From: Eledone cirrhosa
Lineage: Eukaryota
Length of the DNA: 64,000 bases
NCBI GenBank assembly: GCA_964016885.1
Contig: OZ024743.1
Span: forward strand, 308,202,001-308,266,000
Direction of reading: 5' to 3'
Both the position numbers and the translations under genes were made by a program. The first letter of the stretch is position 1; each line of letters opens with the position of its first letter. Positions 36,272-49,363 of this stretch are shown here, piece after piece. The notes below the pieces were generated by a model. That model was not told where the DNA came from, ran no database searches, and was given only the letters and a program-made list of their open reading frames with translations.

Positions 36272-36724
36272 ATATGGGTGAGAAGAATACTGCTGGTTGC
36301 ACATGGATAACATGTTATAAAATGAGTCCCTCATCAGTGATTTACCAAACGATCATGGGTATTTCATCGCATTAAAAATCATATACCTCACGTTGGAGCG
36401 ATAATAACTAAAATAAGTTATTAGGACAATAGAAACGCGTAAAGCGAGTGAGACAAGTAAACAACACAGGGGGAAGCTAACCGAAGATGGACATAAACAC
36501 AAGCAACATAGTTATTCTTTCAGCATAAGCTGTGTGGATATATGAGCGAGTCAGAAAACAGACCTTTCGCTAGTGAATCCGGTGTTAGAAAGAATGAAAA
36601 CCGTTTTCCCAGTGAACGGGAGGAAGAAAGAAGGGGAGAAACAGGGACTGAGTGAGTGGGAGTGCGAGGAAGAGGTCAGTAGAGAGAAACGAGGGAGCAG
36701 TAAGAGAGAAAGAGAGAATCACAG

Positions 36725-37201
<477 letters not shown>

Positions 37202-37733
37202 CATATTCATTTATTTCTGTGACCTCCGTTCTATCCTCCCTATCTCGTTTTTTGTTGTTAATTCGGGTTTTGAACTTAAGTTCTGCCATTTGGGATTAAC
37301 TTTTTTCCTTCTCCCTTTCTCTCTCTATTTCTCTTTCTTCCTCTCCCACTCACTTATTCCCCCCTCTCTTTCTCTGCTGCCTTACCACTTCCCCCTCCCC
37401 CTCTCACTTCCGTTTTCCTACGTCTCTCCCTCTTTGCGCCTGTTCTCGCTATGATCAGACGTATTTCTCTTAGCGCCCTCTCATGCTGTTAATACGGATT
37501 CAGGACTTACGTTCGGTCTCCTTTTTAACTTCTCCCTCTCCCGCCAACTATCAACCCCACCACCAACAACCGTTACCATCACTACCAATATCATCACCAC
37601 TACTATCAACACCAACACCACCACAACCACCATCACCATCATCACCACCACCATAACCACCAACACCACCACGATCACCACATCACCACTTCCACCACCA
37701 TCACCATCTCCACCCCCATCACCACCTCCACCA

Positions 37734-37795
<62 letters not shown>

Positions 37796-37844
37796 TAGAA
37801 AACGTAAGAGAAACACAAACAGTAGTACATGTAAGTTGCAGTAA

Positions 37845-37967
<123 letters not shown>

Positions 37968-38028
37968 GAGAGAGAGATGGATAGATAAATAGGTAGATAG
38001 ATAGATAAATAGGTAGATAGATAGGTAT

Positions 38029-38076
<48 letters not shown>

Positions 38077-38219
38077 CTGGTACATAACCATTGATCATCT
38101 TGTCAAACTTGTGCGAGAGAAATAGGGAGGAAAATATCAAATTACCAATTTCCTGTCAAAGGTAGCACAGAGTGGTTGTCTCATGACCTTGTGTTACCTT
38201 GTTAAACGCAGACACACAA

Positions 38220-38291
<72 letters not shown>

Positions 38292-38341
38292 GACTTCTAC
38301 AGGACTAAAACTGTTCTATTCACATAAAATCATCTATCATA

Positions 38342-39310
38342 TCTATATATATAAAACTGAGGATGTCTGTCTGTGTGTGTGTGAGTTCGAATCCCGAAAG
38401 CTCGAGAACCACCCAACCGACTGTTTTCAAACTTTACACATGTAACACTTATATTTCAGGGAGTGTTCTGAGCAAAAATAATTTCAAATTTCCAATGCTC
38501 TAGGGACCGCAATAGGCGATTTAGCGATCTCACTCTATAATTCTTAGTCTTTCTCTTTTTAGATAGATACATACATCTAACGTCGCGCCCTTATAATATC
38601 TGTCTGTATGTCTGACTGTCTGCATTACGTCACTTCCCTGAGGATGTCTGAGTGTGTGTGTGTGTGTGAGTTTGAATCCCTAAAACTTGAGAAATACCCA
38701 ACCGATTTTTTTCAAATTTTACATGTGTGTTACTTATGTTTCAGGGAGTGTTATGCTCATAAAAAAAATTCAACTTTTTTTTTATCTCCTAGTGCCCGCA
38801 TTAGGTGAAAAACTGCGTTTTTAAAGATTTTTATGGGTTGTTTTAGGTGTTACGTCAGACCGATTTCCTTGAAATTGTAACTATGTATTAGTCAGTCTCT
38901 TCTTCATCCGTAAGCAAAGAAAATCCAACTTTCTTATGGCCTAGGGCCCGCATTAGGTGAAAAACAGCATTTTTAAAGATTTTTAGGGGTTTTTTGAGGC
39001 GTTGTCAGACCGATTTCCTTGAAATTGTAACTATGTATTAGTCAGTCTCTTCTTCATACCGTAAGCAAAGAAAATCCAACTTTCTTATGGCATTAGCTGA
39101 AAAACTTCATTTTTTCAGCTTCTTGGGGCTTTTTAAATATATATTCTGAGTTTCAGAAGATCCTGTTAAGGGTGAAAGCAGCGATTCTTTGCTTAAACTT
39201 TAATCTGTTATTTTAATAAATATTTGCTCTATGGTTCTTATATATTTGATATATATTTATCCTTATCGAGCCCTCTTTGGATTTTAGTCTTCAAATTTAT
39301 TATTATTACT
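38342..39310 (+). mobile_element. Helitron-family fragment with internal duplications
   Basis: A|TCTATATA start; blocks homologous to 9281-10005; ~130-bp internal tandem duplication; no 3' CTAG end found. Confidence 0.7.
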
Positions 39311-40174
39311 ATATATATATATATATATATTGGATTCACAATCGTGAGGTTGTGAGTTCGATTCCCGGATCGGGCGACGCGTTATGTCCTTGAGCAAGAC
39401 TTTATTCACGTTTCTCCTTCTACCGGGAGTTGCGTCCGATAGATAGTATTAGCAATTGGAAAGACAAATGGCAACATTGTTTTCTCGGTCCGATTTGACT
39501 GTCGATACCCTATCGAGGTTGCCAATATTATCTGGTACGGACCTCGTATACGTAGTGTGGGATAATGTATTTTTTTGTTTTACATGTGGCAGTTATTTGT
39601 AAATGACTCCACCATGTGCAGTTTCAGTTGACCTACAAGGTTGTATCTCATAAGAGGGTTTTCGGGGTTTCGGGTGTTTCCTATTATGTAAAACAACGTG
39701 AAATGAAGCGTCTGTGGACAATCACATCAGTTGAGAATATACGACAGGTCCACCCATCACCACTCCAGCCAAATCCACGCATGCACACCACTGTCATCAC
39801 CATTACCACATCCTCCACCACCAATACCAACCCCTCCGCCAACTATCATCCCCACCACCAGCCACCGTTACCATCACTACCACTACTATCAACACCACCA
39901 CCACCTCAACCACCATCACCATCATCACCACCACCATAACCACCAACACCACCACGATCACCACATCACCACCTCCATCACCACCTCCACCACCACCATC
40001 ACCAATATCACCGCCTCCACCACTATCACCACCTCCACCACCAACACCACCACCATCACCACCACCAACAACAACAACAACAACAATACCATCACCCCCA
40101 CCCCCACCACCACCATCACCACCAGCACCACCATCACCAACATCACCGCTTCTACCATTATCACCACCTCTACC

Positions 40175-40205
<31 letters not shown>

Positions 40206-40893
40206 TCACCACCACACCATCACTACCACACCATCACTACCATCACCTGAACCAGTGAGGTTAAAATCAAAATTGACCTCGCTGGAATTTGAACTCTGAC
40301 AATATTAAGACGTAACGAAATATTTCGAGTAATTTTAATTCGTTCTTTGCTAACTCCCCGGCCATTATTTCATTCTCATATTACAAATTACATTCATTTA
40401 CAACTAAAGAATTATAGTATTTAATCAGATTATAAATTAAACATTAATTAAATACTAAACTTTTTCAAAATATTGACGAAATATAACAAAACTGCAACAA
40501 ACTCGGCTTTATAACAATGATTAATTATTAAATGCACAGAGCGTATTTGTTCAACGTAATAAAACTATATGAAATGGATACTTTGCAAAGACCAACTGAA
40601 CGTTTCTAGGGAGAATGAAAGAGTGGTGAGGGTGGATATACGAAAGTATAATAGAATGAAATAAATTACAGACGATCGACTTGTCTAAACAACGCATACT
40701 AACAAATTGTCTTCAGCAGACATTTTCAGTTTAGCTAGATAACGTCTTATGACTTAGTGAGTTATGACACAGTGTAGCAGATTGGTTAACTAGTTCAGTA
40801 TATATATATATATATATATATATAGTGGTAGAACACTGGAAGGTAATATCCGTAGTGGTAGAGCACTCAGTCCACGGGACGAGTTAGGTAGAT

Positions 40894-41029
40894 GTGGTTA
40901 CACAACAGTTAGTTCACCATACCGAGAACAATTGTTTCACCTTAGTTCGGCTCGGCTCGGCTCGAGCTGAGGATACGCTAAGGTGAAACAATTGTTCTCG
41001 GTATGGTGAACTAACTGTTGTGTAACCAC
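40894..41029. repeat. Hairpin (~52-bp arms) containing an HHR motif at 40963-41000 (+)
   Basis: CGAG-CTGAGGA-TACGCTAAGGT-GAAA-CAATTG-TT-CTCG; arms GTGGTTACACAACAG..CACCTTAG; (TA)n flank. Confidence 0.8.
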
Positions 41030-41076
<47 letters not shown>

Positions 41077-41481
41077 TAAAAGGAATTCCAACTTTGTCTG
41101 ATTTACTCGTTTTATTTACAATCCTTTAAAATTTATAATGGTATTAGAATGAAATAGTATGGTAGAATATTAAATGTTAAGTGTTAATTGAACAAGTACT
41201 TTCATGCTTTCGCAATCTTCAGGTTCATAATGTGTGGTGACAGTCAAGTTTGCAATTTTCAAACTTGACTGTCACCGCACATTATCTGATGATGTCACGA
41301 CACTCGCACACAGAACAGTGTGGCCAGTGTCGCCATTGAAATATATATCACAGCATTATTATTAAAGGACTTGAACATCTGAAACTACTTCGCTTTTCCT
41401 TATTCGATATATATATATATTAGAAAGTGAGGTTTTTTTTACAAAATGGAAAATAACCGAGGTGTCCGACACGAATGAAAG

Positions 41482-42018
41482 TATAAAGAAAAAAAGATGA
41501 AATCGAAAATGCAACTGGAGTCTTATTAAAAAAAATATATATATATATTTATTTGGTTCCTTTACCAGTTTCGCAGTTCTTCTGCTTTTCAAAAGTAGAG
41601 TTGAGATGGAGGGTCTGTGGTTTTTCTCACATCTGGTTGGTCTTTGAATGTTACTTGTTTTATATGGAAAAAAGTGGCTCGAAACACCAGGTTTTTAGAG
41701 AAGTAATTTGATTGGTTGGTCAATAAGTATAATAAATTTCGCGCCAGTTCGCGTTACAAAGTTCTTTAAACAGGGGGGCGGGGGCTCAGGTTGTTTTTTC
41801 ATATATGAGTGCTTTGGCGTTTCGAGCCACTTTTTTCCATATAAAACAAGTAACATTCAAAGACCAACCAGATGTGAGAAAAACCACAGACCCTCCATCT
41901 CAACTCTACTTTTGAAAAGCAGAAGAACCGCGAAACCGGTAAAGGAACCAAATAAATATATATATATTTTTTTTAAAATAAGACTCCAGTTGCATTTTCG
42001 ATTTCATCTTTTTCTCTT

Positions 42019-42022
<4 letters not shown>
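41482..42022. repeat. ~205-bp inverted repeat ending at (TA)n
   Basis: 41482-41688 is complementary to 41817-42022; degenerate core ..GC-GAAA-CCGG-TA-AAG. Confidence 0.88.
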
Positions 42023-42074
<52 letters not shown>

Positions 42075-42124
42075 GTGTGTGTGCGTGTGTGTGTAGATAG
42101 ATACATATATAAGTATAAATAAAA

Positions 42125-42177
<53 letters not shown>

Positions 42178-42179
<2 letters not shown>

Positions 42180-42385
42180 TGGTATGTTGGTTTAATGGTA
42201 CCACAGTGGTCCGGCAAACCAAAGATGTGGGTTCGAGTCCCCTGTACGTCAATACTCATCCTTTTTCCATTCAGGGGGTGGGGGTTAATCCCCACTAACA
42301 GACTAATTTAATTTAATCCAATACGGCGTAAGCACATGATTCTACCTTATTTTAAACTTCGCTCGCTATTTCATAAACAAAGCCT
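42178..42385 (+). mobile_element. tRNA-headed element inserted in (TA)n
   Basis: A box TGGTTTAATGG, B box GGTTCGAGTCC; body is similar to ~52290-52430. Confidence 0.65.
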
Positions 42386-42386
42386 G

Positions 42387-42437
<51 letters not shown>

Positions 42438-42727
42438 CAGACACACCTTACTTAAAGTTTTCTGCCCCTCTTGGGGTGTAGATATTTCGTCTTGTTTTTT
42501 GTCCAATGTTTCATCCCGAATAGCTAACTTCCTTTAGATACTGTTGATTCACAGGTGGTGAATTGTCCTGTCTTTGGAAGCATCTTAGACTATAATGATG
42601 CCCAGAAAACAATCGATCAACGGGAATTGGCCAAGTGCTTGTCCCTTCCCAGTTTCTGTTTCCACGTACTACGTGTCTTTTAAATGATACATATATATAT
42701 TTGCCTACAGAAAGTAGTCTCATAATG

Positions 42728-43043
42728 GTTTCTGATTTAGGCACAAGGCCAGCAATTTGAGGGAAGGGCACAGTCGATATAATCGACCTCAGTGTGTTAC
42801 TGGTACTTTAATTTATCGACCCCGTAAGGATGAAAGGCAAAGCTAACCTCAATAATAATTTTCTACTTTTGGCACAAGGCCAGCAATTACCCCAGTGTAT
42901 TACTGGTACTTTATTTTATCGACCCCGTAAGGATGAAATGCAAAGTTAACCTCGGCGGGATTTGAACTCAGACCGTAAAGGGACGTAACGATGCTAGAAA
43001 GCATGGCGTCCAACCCTCTACCGATACTGCCAATCCACCGCCC
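42728..43043 (-). mobile_element. Two tandem SINE A copies
   Basis: Family A sequence with AAT junctions. Confidence 0.88.
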
Positions 43044-44099
43044 TAATAATAACAGGGCGTATAAACCCTTAGAACGGAAAAAATGGGCATCTGCATGCAT
43101 GGGATTCGAACCCATGCCTCTTAATTTGGCGATAAGTCGGATGGACTACACCCGTAATTCAAATGTGTCTCACTGAATCTCTCTGAAAATTACTTTAAAA
43201 TTATAAGTGTCTGTAGAATACACAGCCACTTACACAATAATTCATGAGCATGCTGTTCCGTTGATCGAATAACTGGAACACTCAACGTCGAAACCGACGG
43301 AGGTCTATTCCGTTTTCGGGGAAAAATTGAATTCTGGGTGTTTGAATTTCTACAAATTTTTTAGCCTTTGCATAAAACCGAACTTTTGGAGGTCAAATTG
43401 TATATATGCTTCATATAAATCTTTTTTAAGATTATAGCTCCATTGTATACAATGATTGTAGCCACGATTTGGTCGAAGGAGACTTATACGTTTATCCATG
43501 ATGATTTTGTCTATTCACTAATATTTGTGTTTATTTTTCAAAGTAGATGATGATCTTCTTTAAAAGTTTCGACAAATTTTTATCAGAATTAAATTTAAAG
43601 ATGTTCACAACTTCGATAATCTTTCCTTTCAGGTTGTTTTTAATTCTACAATTATACTTAAACGTTCATATTTAGCATATTTGGGGGAATTATTTTGAAA
43701 CGTTACTTGGTTTATTTATTTGTGTAACGTAAATATGTTAAAATGTATGTAACGTTTATATTGTAATGTTACAATATATGTAATGTTTATTGAAAAAGTT
43801 CAGCTAGAAAATGCGGTAAGATTACATACGAATATCTCTAGATAAATGTTTAAACATTACATATATTGGTGGAAAGAAACTCTCCAGATCTCCTGGGAAT
43901 GTCTTATCGCCAATGTTTAAACATATATGTAAAAATATTTGTATGTAATCTTACCAGATTCTGTAGCTCAACTTTTCCAATACATGATATGTTGCCTTGA
44001 TATAAGCAGTAATTACACACGTCCGAGTATTGGACTGACCATAACTGTCGTCATTTTTATATATGTATATGTTATCTCTTTCTCTTAATTCCGAGTATA

Positions 44100-46022
44100 T
44101 TTTTTTTGACCGGCCACCTTCCTGGTGGCAAGGTTGTAAAAGAAAAGAAATTGTCATCCCTTGAATCGCAAGAATGTTTTGCAAATTTTGAAGGTGCCAG
44201 CTATCGCAGCCATTTGTAGACTATGAATTAGGGAGCTGCGCTTTTTGTCCGCAAATCCAAGTTCAGTCATACTTTGGTCCAAGCGGGTTGGTATATAACC
44301 CGTAGCTCCAATAATGATGGGTATGAAGCTAAAGGTGTATCTTGGATACTGGATTTGTAAACTCCTCATCAATGGTCCGTACATTTCCTCCTTCTCCTGT
44401 ATTTTTCTGACAACGTTTACATCAAGTGGGCAGCTGATCTCCACAACAGAACACGTTTTCAATGTGTGGTCCCAAACAACAATATCAGGCCGGTTGTGCT
44501 TTAATTTGGTGGCAGTTTTTATTTTCAGGTTCCACCAGTATTCCTTAGTGCCATCTGTCTCAATATATTCTTCCTCGTTTGTTGTTAATTTTGTTTTCCG
44601 AAGTGCGTTCCAGATGGTTCTAGCTATCCCATCGTGTCTCATGGGGAGGTAGTAGTGAGATGACATTCTTTCGCAGCTGGCAACAATGTGGCTTACATCC
44701 TCGATCTTTGTTTTACATAGCCTACATTTATTGTCAGCTGCTGGCCCTCCTCTTTTGTGCAGCAGATATTTGGTAGGGAGTTCTTGTTCCTGTATTGCAT
44801 AGAGATATCCCTCAAGGTGTGATGTCATAAACTTGTCGGAACACTATGCCAGGCTTTTTGACTGGTTTATCCCCTCTATGGTCTCAAGTTATCCATGCAC
44901 AACTTTTTCTGTAAATTGGTCAATATTTTTATCTTGTTTGAACATTGAATAGGATCTTCCGATTTCTCTGGGTGAGAGATTTATATCAGGCTTTATTCCA
45001 TATCTCTCCTCCAGATCAGTCGCTATTCTAATGATATTTTTTTTTTCATGCTCATAAACCTGGGCAAGATGGTTGCCAACCTTTTTCCTCTGTTGAAGAT
45101 GTTGCTTCAGTGTTACTATCCGGGTCTCATATGTTGTTAATATTGATTTTAGACCCCGGCCACCTTCCTTGCGTGAGAAGTATAGCCTATCCACATCACC
45201 ATTGATGTTAAAGTTCCCAGTAACACTGAGAAGTTTGCGAGTTCTAACATCCATCTCACTTAGTTCTTGCAATGACCAGTTCAGCAGGCCAAATGTTGGC
45301 GTTAGAATTGGCACAGCATAAGTATTGTGGGCAATGTATTTGTTGTACGCTGACAGTTCTGATGACCATATTTTCTTTACTCTTCTGAGGTATTCAGTTC
45401 TGGTTCTCTCCTTATTTATGGGTCCATCATATCTGACATTCTCATCCTATCCAAGATATCTGTAGTTGTCACCTGACTGTAGAGGTTGTATTGTCAGGCC
45501 GTTCATCTCTAGATTTCTAGAGGAGGGCACAGCTCTTCCACGTTTTACTGTCAAATATGCACACTTGGACTCACCAAATTTCATTTTGATGTCGGTTGAA
45601 AATTGTGTAATGAGGTCCAATTGTTTCTTGATGTCATTGATATTTGGCCCATACAACTTCAGGTCATCAACAAAGAAAAGATGGGAGATACTTCTGGACC
45701 CACTTCTTTGTCCACCTTGTTTCCTGAGTAGGTAAGATAGTGGATTCAGTGAGAGAACGAAGAGTAGCACTGACAAGCTATCACCCTGAAAGATGCCCTT
45801 CTGGTAATGTATCTTATCAGTCTTAACTTGCTCCTTCTCACCTCTAAGAATCAAATTGGTATACCAGTTCTTGGTCAGGCGTTCAACAGCAGTTACCAAT
45901 GGTTGTGGGACTTTGGCTAACTGTAAAGCCTTAATAATCCACCCATGAGGTACACTATCAAATGCTTTTTGATAGTCCAGCCACACCACAGTCATGTTTC
46001 TGCGATTCTTTGTTGTTTTTAT
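44100..46022 (-). mobile_element. R4/Dong-clade LINE, RT to RLE portion (in-frame stops)
   Basis: WLDYQKAFDSVPH, GIFQGDSLS, LFFVDDLKLY, YRYLG; CRLC..HIVASC, RHD, NRPDIVVWD..EISCP; 5' end abuts (TATG)n. Confidence 0.92.
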
Positions 46023-46124
46023 AAATGTATGTATGTATGTATGTATGTATGTATGTATGTATGTATGTATGTATGTATGTATGTATGTATGTATGTATGT
46101 ATGTATGCATGTATGTATGTATGT

Positions 46125-47710
46125 CGGGTCATTCTTGAGTGCTACTGGTAACATGTAACCCAGTACAACCTGTCGCATGGTCGGGTCATCGGCGACTAAA
46201 CCGGCAACCCCACCAAGTTTACTTGGTGAGGAGGGTGATTTTGGACACCCTGCAGGACAAAAAACAAAACCTGACAAAGGGCGGAAGAACTCATAAGAGT
46301 CAACGGCCATCCGAAAGTGTGTAAATATGTATATACACATGTACCGCGCGGTTAAACCACTGGGAGTGAAGGACCCCTAGCCTTTGTCAGGGCATTCTTC
46401 TAGGAGAAGGCAACCTAGGAAACTGGGATAACTCCGATATAAAACCTGCGGCTCAGTAGTTACCGATGATGTTGATATTATCTTCTTTTCGGGTTATAGC
46501 TACTGTCGCTCAGAGAGTGGGATTGGCTCAGTGCACAGTCTTTCCTCACTTTAAAAAATATCTTCACGCACAGGCATTGCACGATATAATTAGTTAATAA
46601 TTATTAATAATTGTTTCTACTTTAAGCACAAGGCCAGCAATTACCCAGTGCATTACTGGTACTTTATTTTATCGACCCCGTAAGGATGAAAGGCAAAGTC
46701 GACCTCGGCGGGATTTGAACTCAGATCGTAAAATTAATAATTATTAATAATGGTATATCGTGCAATGGCCATACTCGATAACGAGGGGGCAGCCATCATC
46801 ATGTATGTATGTATGTATGAACCGTGTACCGGGACTCTGTCAGAGACACCTTGGCTTGTGCTGGAATTTCATCTGGCGAATGAGAGAAAATGGCTGAGGA
46901 GCGTGTGGAGACGTTTGATCAAGTCAGGTAGTGAACACTTTGAAACTCGTCTGAGAGAACACCTAACACTGAAAAGGAAGGTAAGGAAAACAGACTGTTT
47001 TGAACTGCCTGTTGTTGAACATCATCTGGTTTGCCAGCACTGTGGTCGAGTCTGCCTGGGTAAAGCTGGTTTGACTAGACACGAACAAAGTCACATCAGT
47101 AGATCTCATGTAGATTATGATCTGAAAAGGTATGTGGCAAGGAATGTGTTAGCATGGGAGGTCTTAAAAGAGACACGAGAACACACAGCCAGAACAAAAC
47201 AATGGAAAGTTCCGGAGGAGCCTATAGTTGTCATATATGTACCAGAGGGTGCAACTCTTTGGCTGGTTTAAAGAGCCACATTCGCGCCTCACATTTTGAG
47301 CATTTTATCGGGCGATGGCAATGCTCGAACACGAGTTTGCAGCCATCATGTATGTATGTATGTAAGCAAGCTCGGTGGGGTTGTCGGATATCTCTCTGGG
47401 AGAAGGTCATTCTGATATAAAACCTGCGACATCATTTGCATCCAATGATGTCAATCAGTTCTTCTTTTCGGGCAAATGCATTCGATGTTCAAAGAGTGGG
47501 ATTGGCCCCGTGAAAAGCCTTTCCTCACTTTAAAAAACTTCAAGCACAGGCATCGCTTGATATGTGACATTTTTTGCGATGCATGGTATTACTGGCCATA
47601 GACAAGTCCCTAGCAGGACTAAAAATCCCCGTCCGTGATACTCATGCTTAAGTATCAAGCGATGGCATTACTCGAAATCAAGTTTCAGTCAGCATGTATT
47701 ATGTACGTAT
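46125..47710 (+). mobile_element. Array of (TATG)n-tailed elements including an RTE-like 3' end with C2H2 fingers
   Basis: CQHCGRVCLGKAGLTRHEQSH and CHICTRGCNSLAGLKSHIRASH; repeated tail GCAGCCATCAT(GTAT)n; SINE A nested at ~46612-46731. Confidence 0.7.
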
Positions 47711-48469
47711 TATGTATGAATGAATGCTTGTATGTATGATTGTATGTGTATATGTATATATGTATATATATATAGTGAAGGCGCATGGTTTAGTGGTTGG
47801 AGCGTCGAGCTTGCAATAGTTTACTCACCTGTAGAAATGAGCTACGGCATCACTGGTGCCATGCTGTATCGGCCTTTGCTGGTCTTCCACAAAAACACCT
47901 TGCCCAGACATGTAACTCGGAGGGTAACTTTCTAGGTATAAATCCCATGTTCATTAGTGACCGAGGGGGCTCTTTACACTTTACCATGTATGTATATATG
48001 TATGTATGTATGTATGTTTGTATGTATGTATGTCTCTCGCAGGCTTGAAAAGCCAAATCCGAGCGTCATACATCTGAATCTGGTAAGCGATTGCAATACT
48101 CTTAGCAGTTAGCAGCCATCATGTATGTATGATCTTCTGGTTTTAGTTTATTTATTACTCACCAATAAAGAGAGATCCGGTTTCTAACACAGAGATATGG
48201 CTCATACACCGGTACTGAGTTAACAGTAATATAATCACAACGTGGCTATATACAATATATTCATTATATATAAACATATATATAGCTCCATATACACAAA
48301 AATGGACAGGGTTTTAAAACCGACCCTGGCATCCGTTTGGCAATGGTTAACAACACCTGACTATTGAGGGCCAGCGGAGTGCTTTTCATTTCAATATTTG
48401 TGCCACGGCTAGAATTTCAATTATTCGCGACATTTTCCCAACTGTTTTTTTTCCTTTTATCTAAATCAA

Positions 48470-48558
<89 letters not shown>

Positions 48559-48561
<3 letters not shown>

Positions 48562-48700
48562 TGCCTAAATACCCGGTGGGCCACTAGGCATTGCCTAAAT
48601 GCTTTGTGGGCTACTGGGTATTGCCTAAATACCCGATAGACCACTGGGCATTGCCTAAATGTCCAGTGAGCCATTGGGTATTGCTTAAATGTCTGTAAGG
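48559..48700. repeat. ~30-bp minisatellite, ~5 copies
   Basis: CATTGCCTAAAT..GGGCCACTGGG units. Confidence 0.8.
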
Positions 48701-49285
48701 CCAGTCCACCTCTGTAGAGATATATAAATATTTTTTTGGTGAATCACGCGGTGTTAGTCTTTCCGCTAATTATTCGATCTTAGAACAGCAATTTACAACA
48801 AATCAAATGTGTCTGGTTGTCGTGTCTACAAAATCACTGAGGCATCAAAGTCTCTTTAAGATTCGTTCCCTTGTCAAGGTTGGTGTTATTGTCTTTTATT
48901 GTAAATATATTTACAGTTATTATAAGACTAGGACTGCTTTATACATACATACGCCCGAACACTCACACTCACATACACGTTATTATATATACATACACAT
49001 GCACACTTAGATCTCCTTCACACACACACACACACTGTCGTACTTATACATACACTCACAACTTACACGTACAATCGTACATACCTACAAACACGTATAT
49101 TTAAGAATGCGCATTCTCTCTCTCTTTCATGCACACACATATACGCACACACACGCGGAACAAATCGCAATCTCCATCACACACACACATACATACATAG
49201 ACACACACATAGACATGCGGTTTTATATACGCAGACACTGACAACACACAATGTGTAATCACCAATGAATAGATAGTATATTTAC

Positions 49286-49363
49286 CTGATAAGAAGGTCT
49301 AAGAATCCAACGGTAAGCACTGATATTAAAGGAACAACGTCCACCTTGGAGTGTTTCTTAGTG
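49286..49363 (-). CDS. Candidate 78-nt internal exon (TKKHSKVDVVPLISVLTVGFLDLLI)
   Basis: CTAAC branch-like motif plus GCAG acceptor, CAG|GTAAAT donor, one open frame; no homology evidence. Confidence 0.3.

Noticed and set aside
42178-42252. Functional tRNA gene
   Set aside because: Acceptor stem pairs poorly and the sequence continues into a repeated body; treated as a SINE-like head (same for ~54447-54520)
46125-46320. HDV-like ribozyme at the 5' end of the (TATG)n-tailed element
   Set aside because: Plausible for RTE-related elements, but I could not build the nested double pseudoknot by eye
45447-46340. Single 297-aa ORF taken as the LINE N-terminus
   Set aside because: The first ~105 aa read through an unrelated element and a (TATG)n tract; RT similarity begins only near 46022
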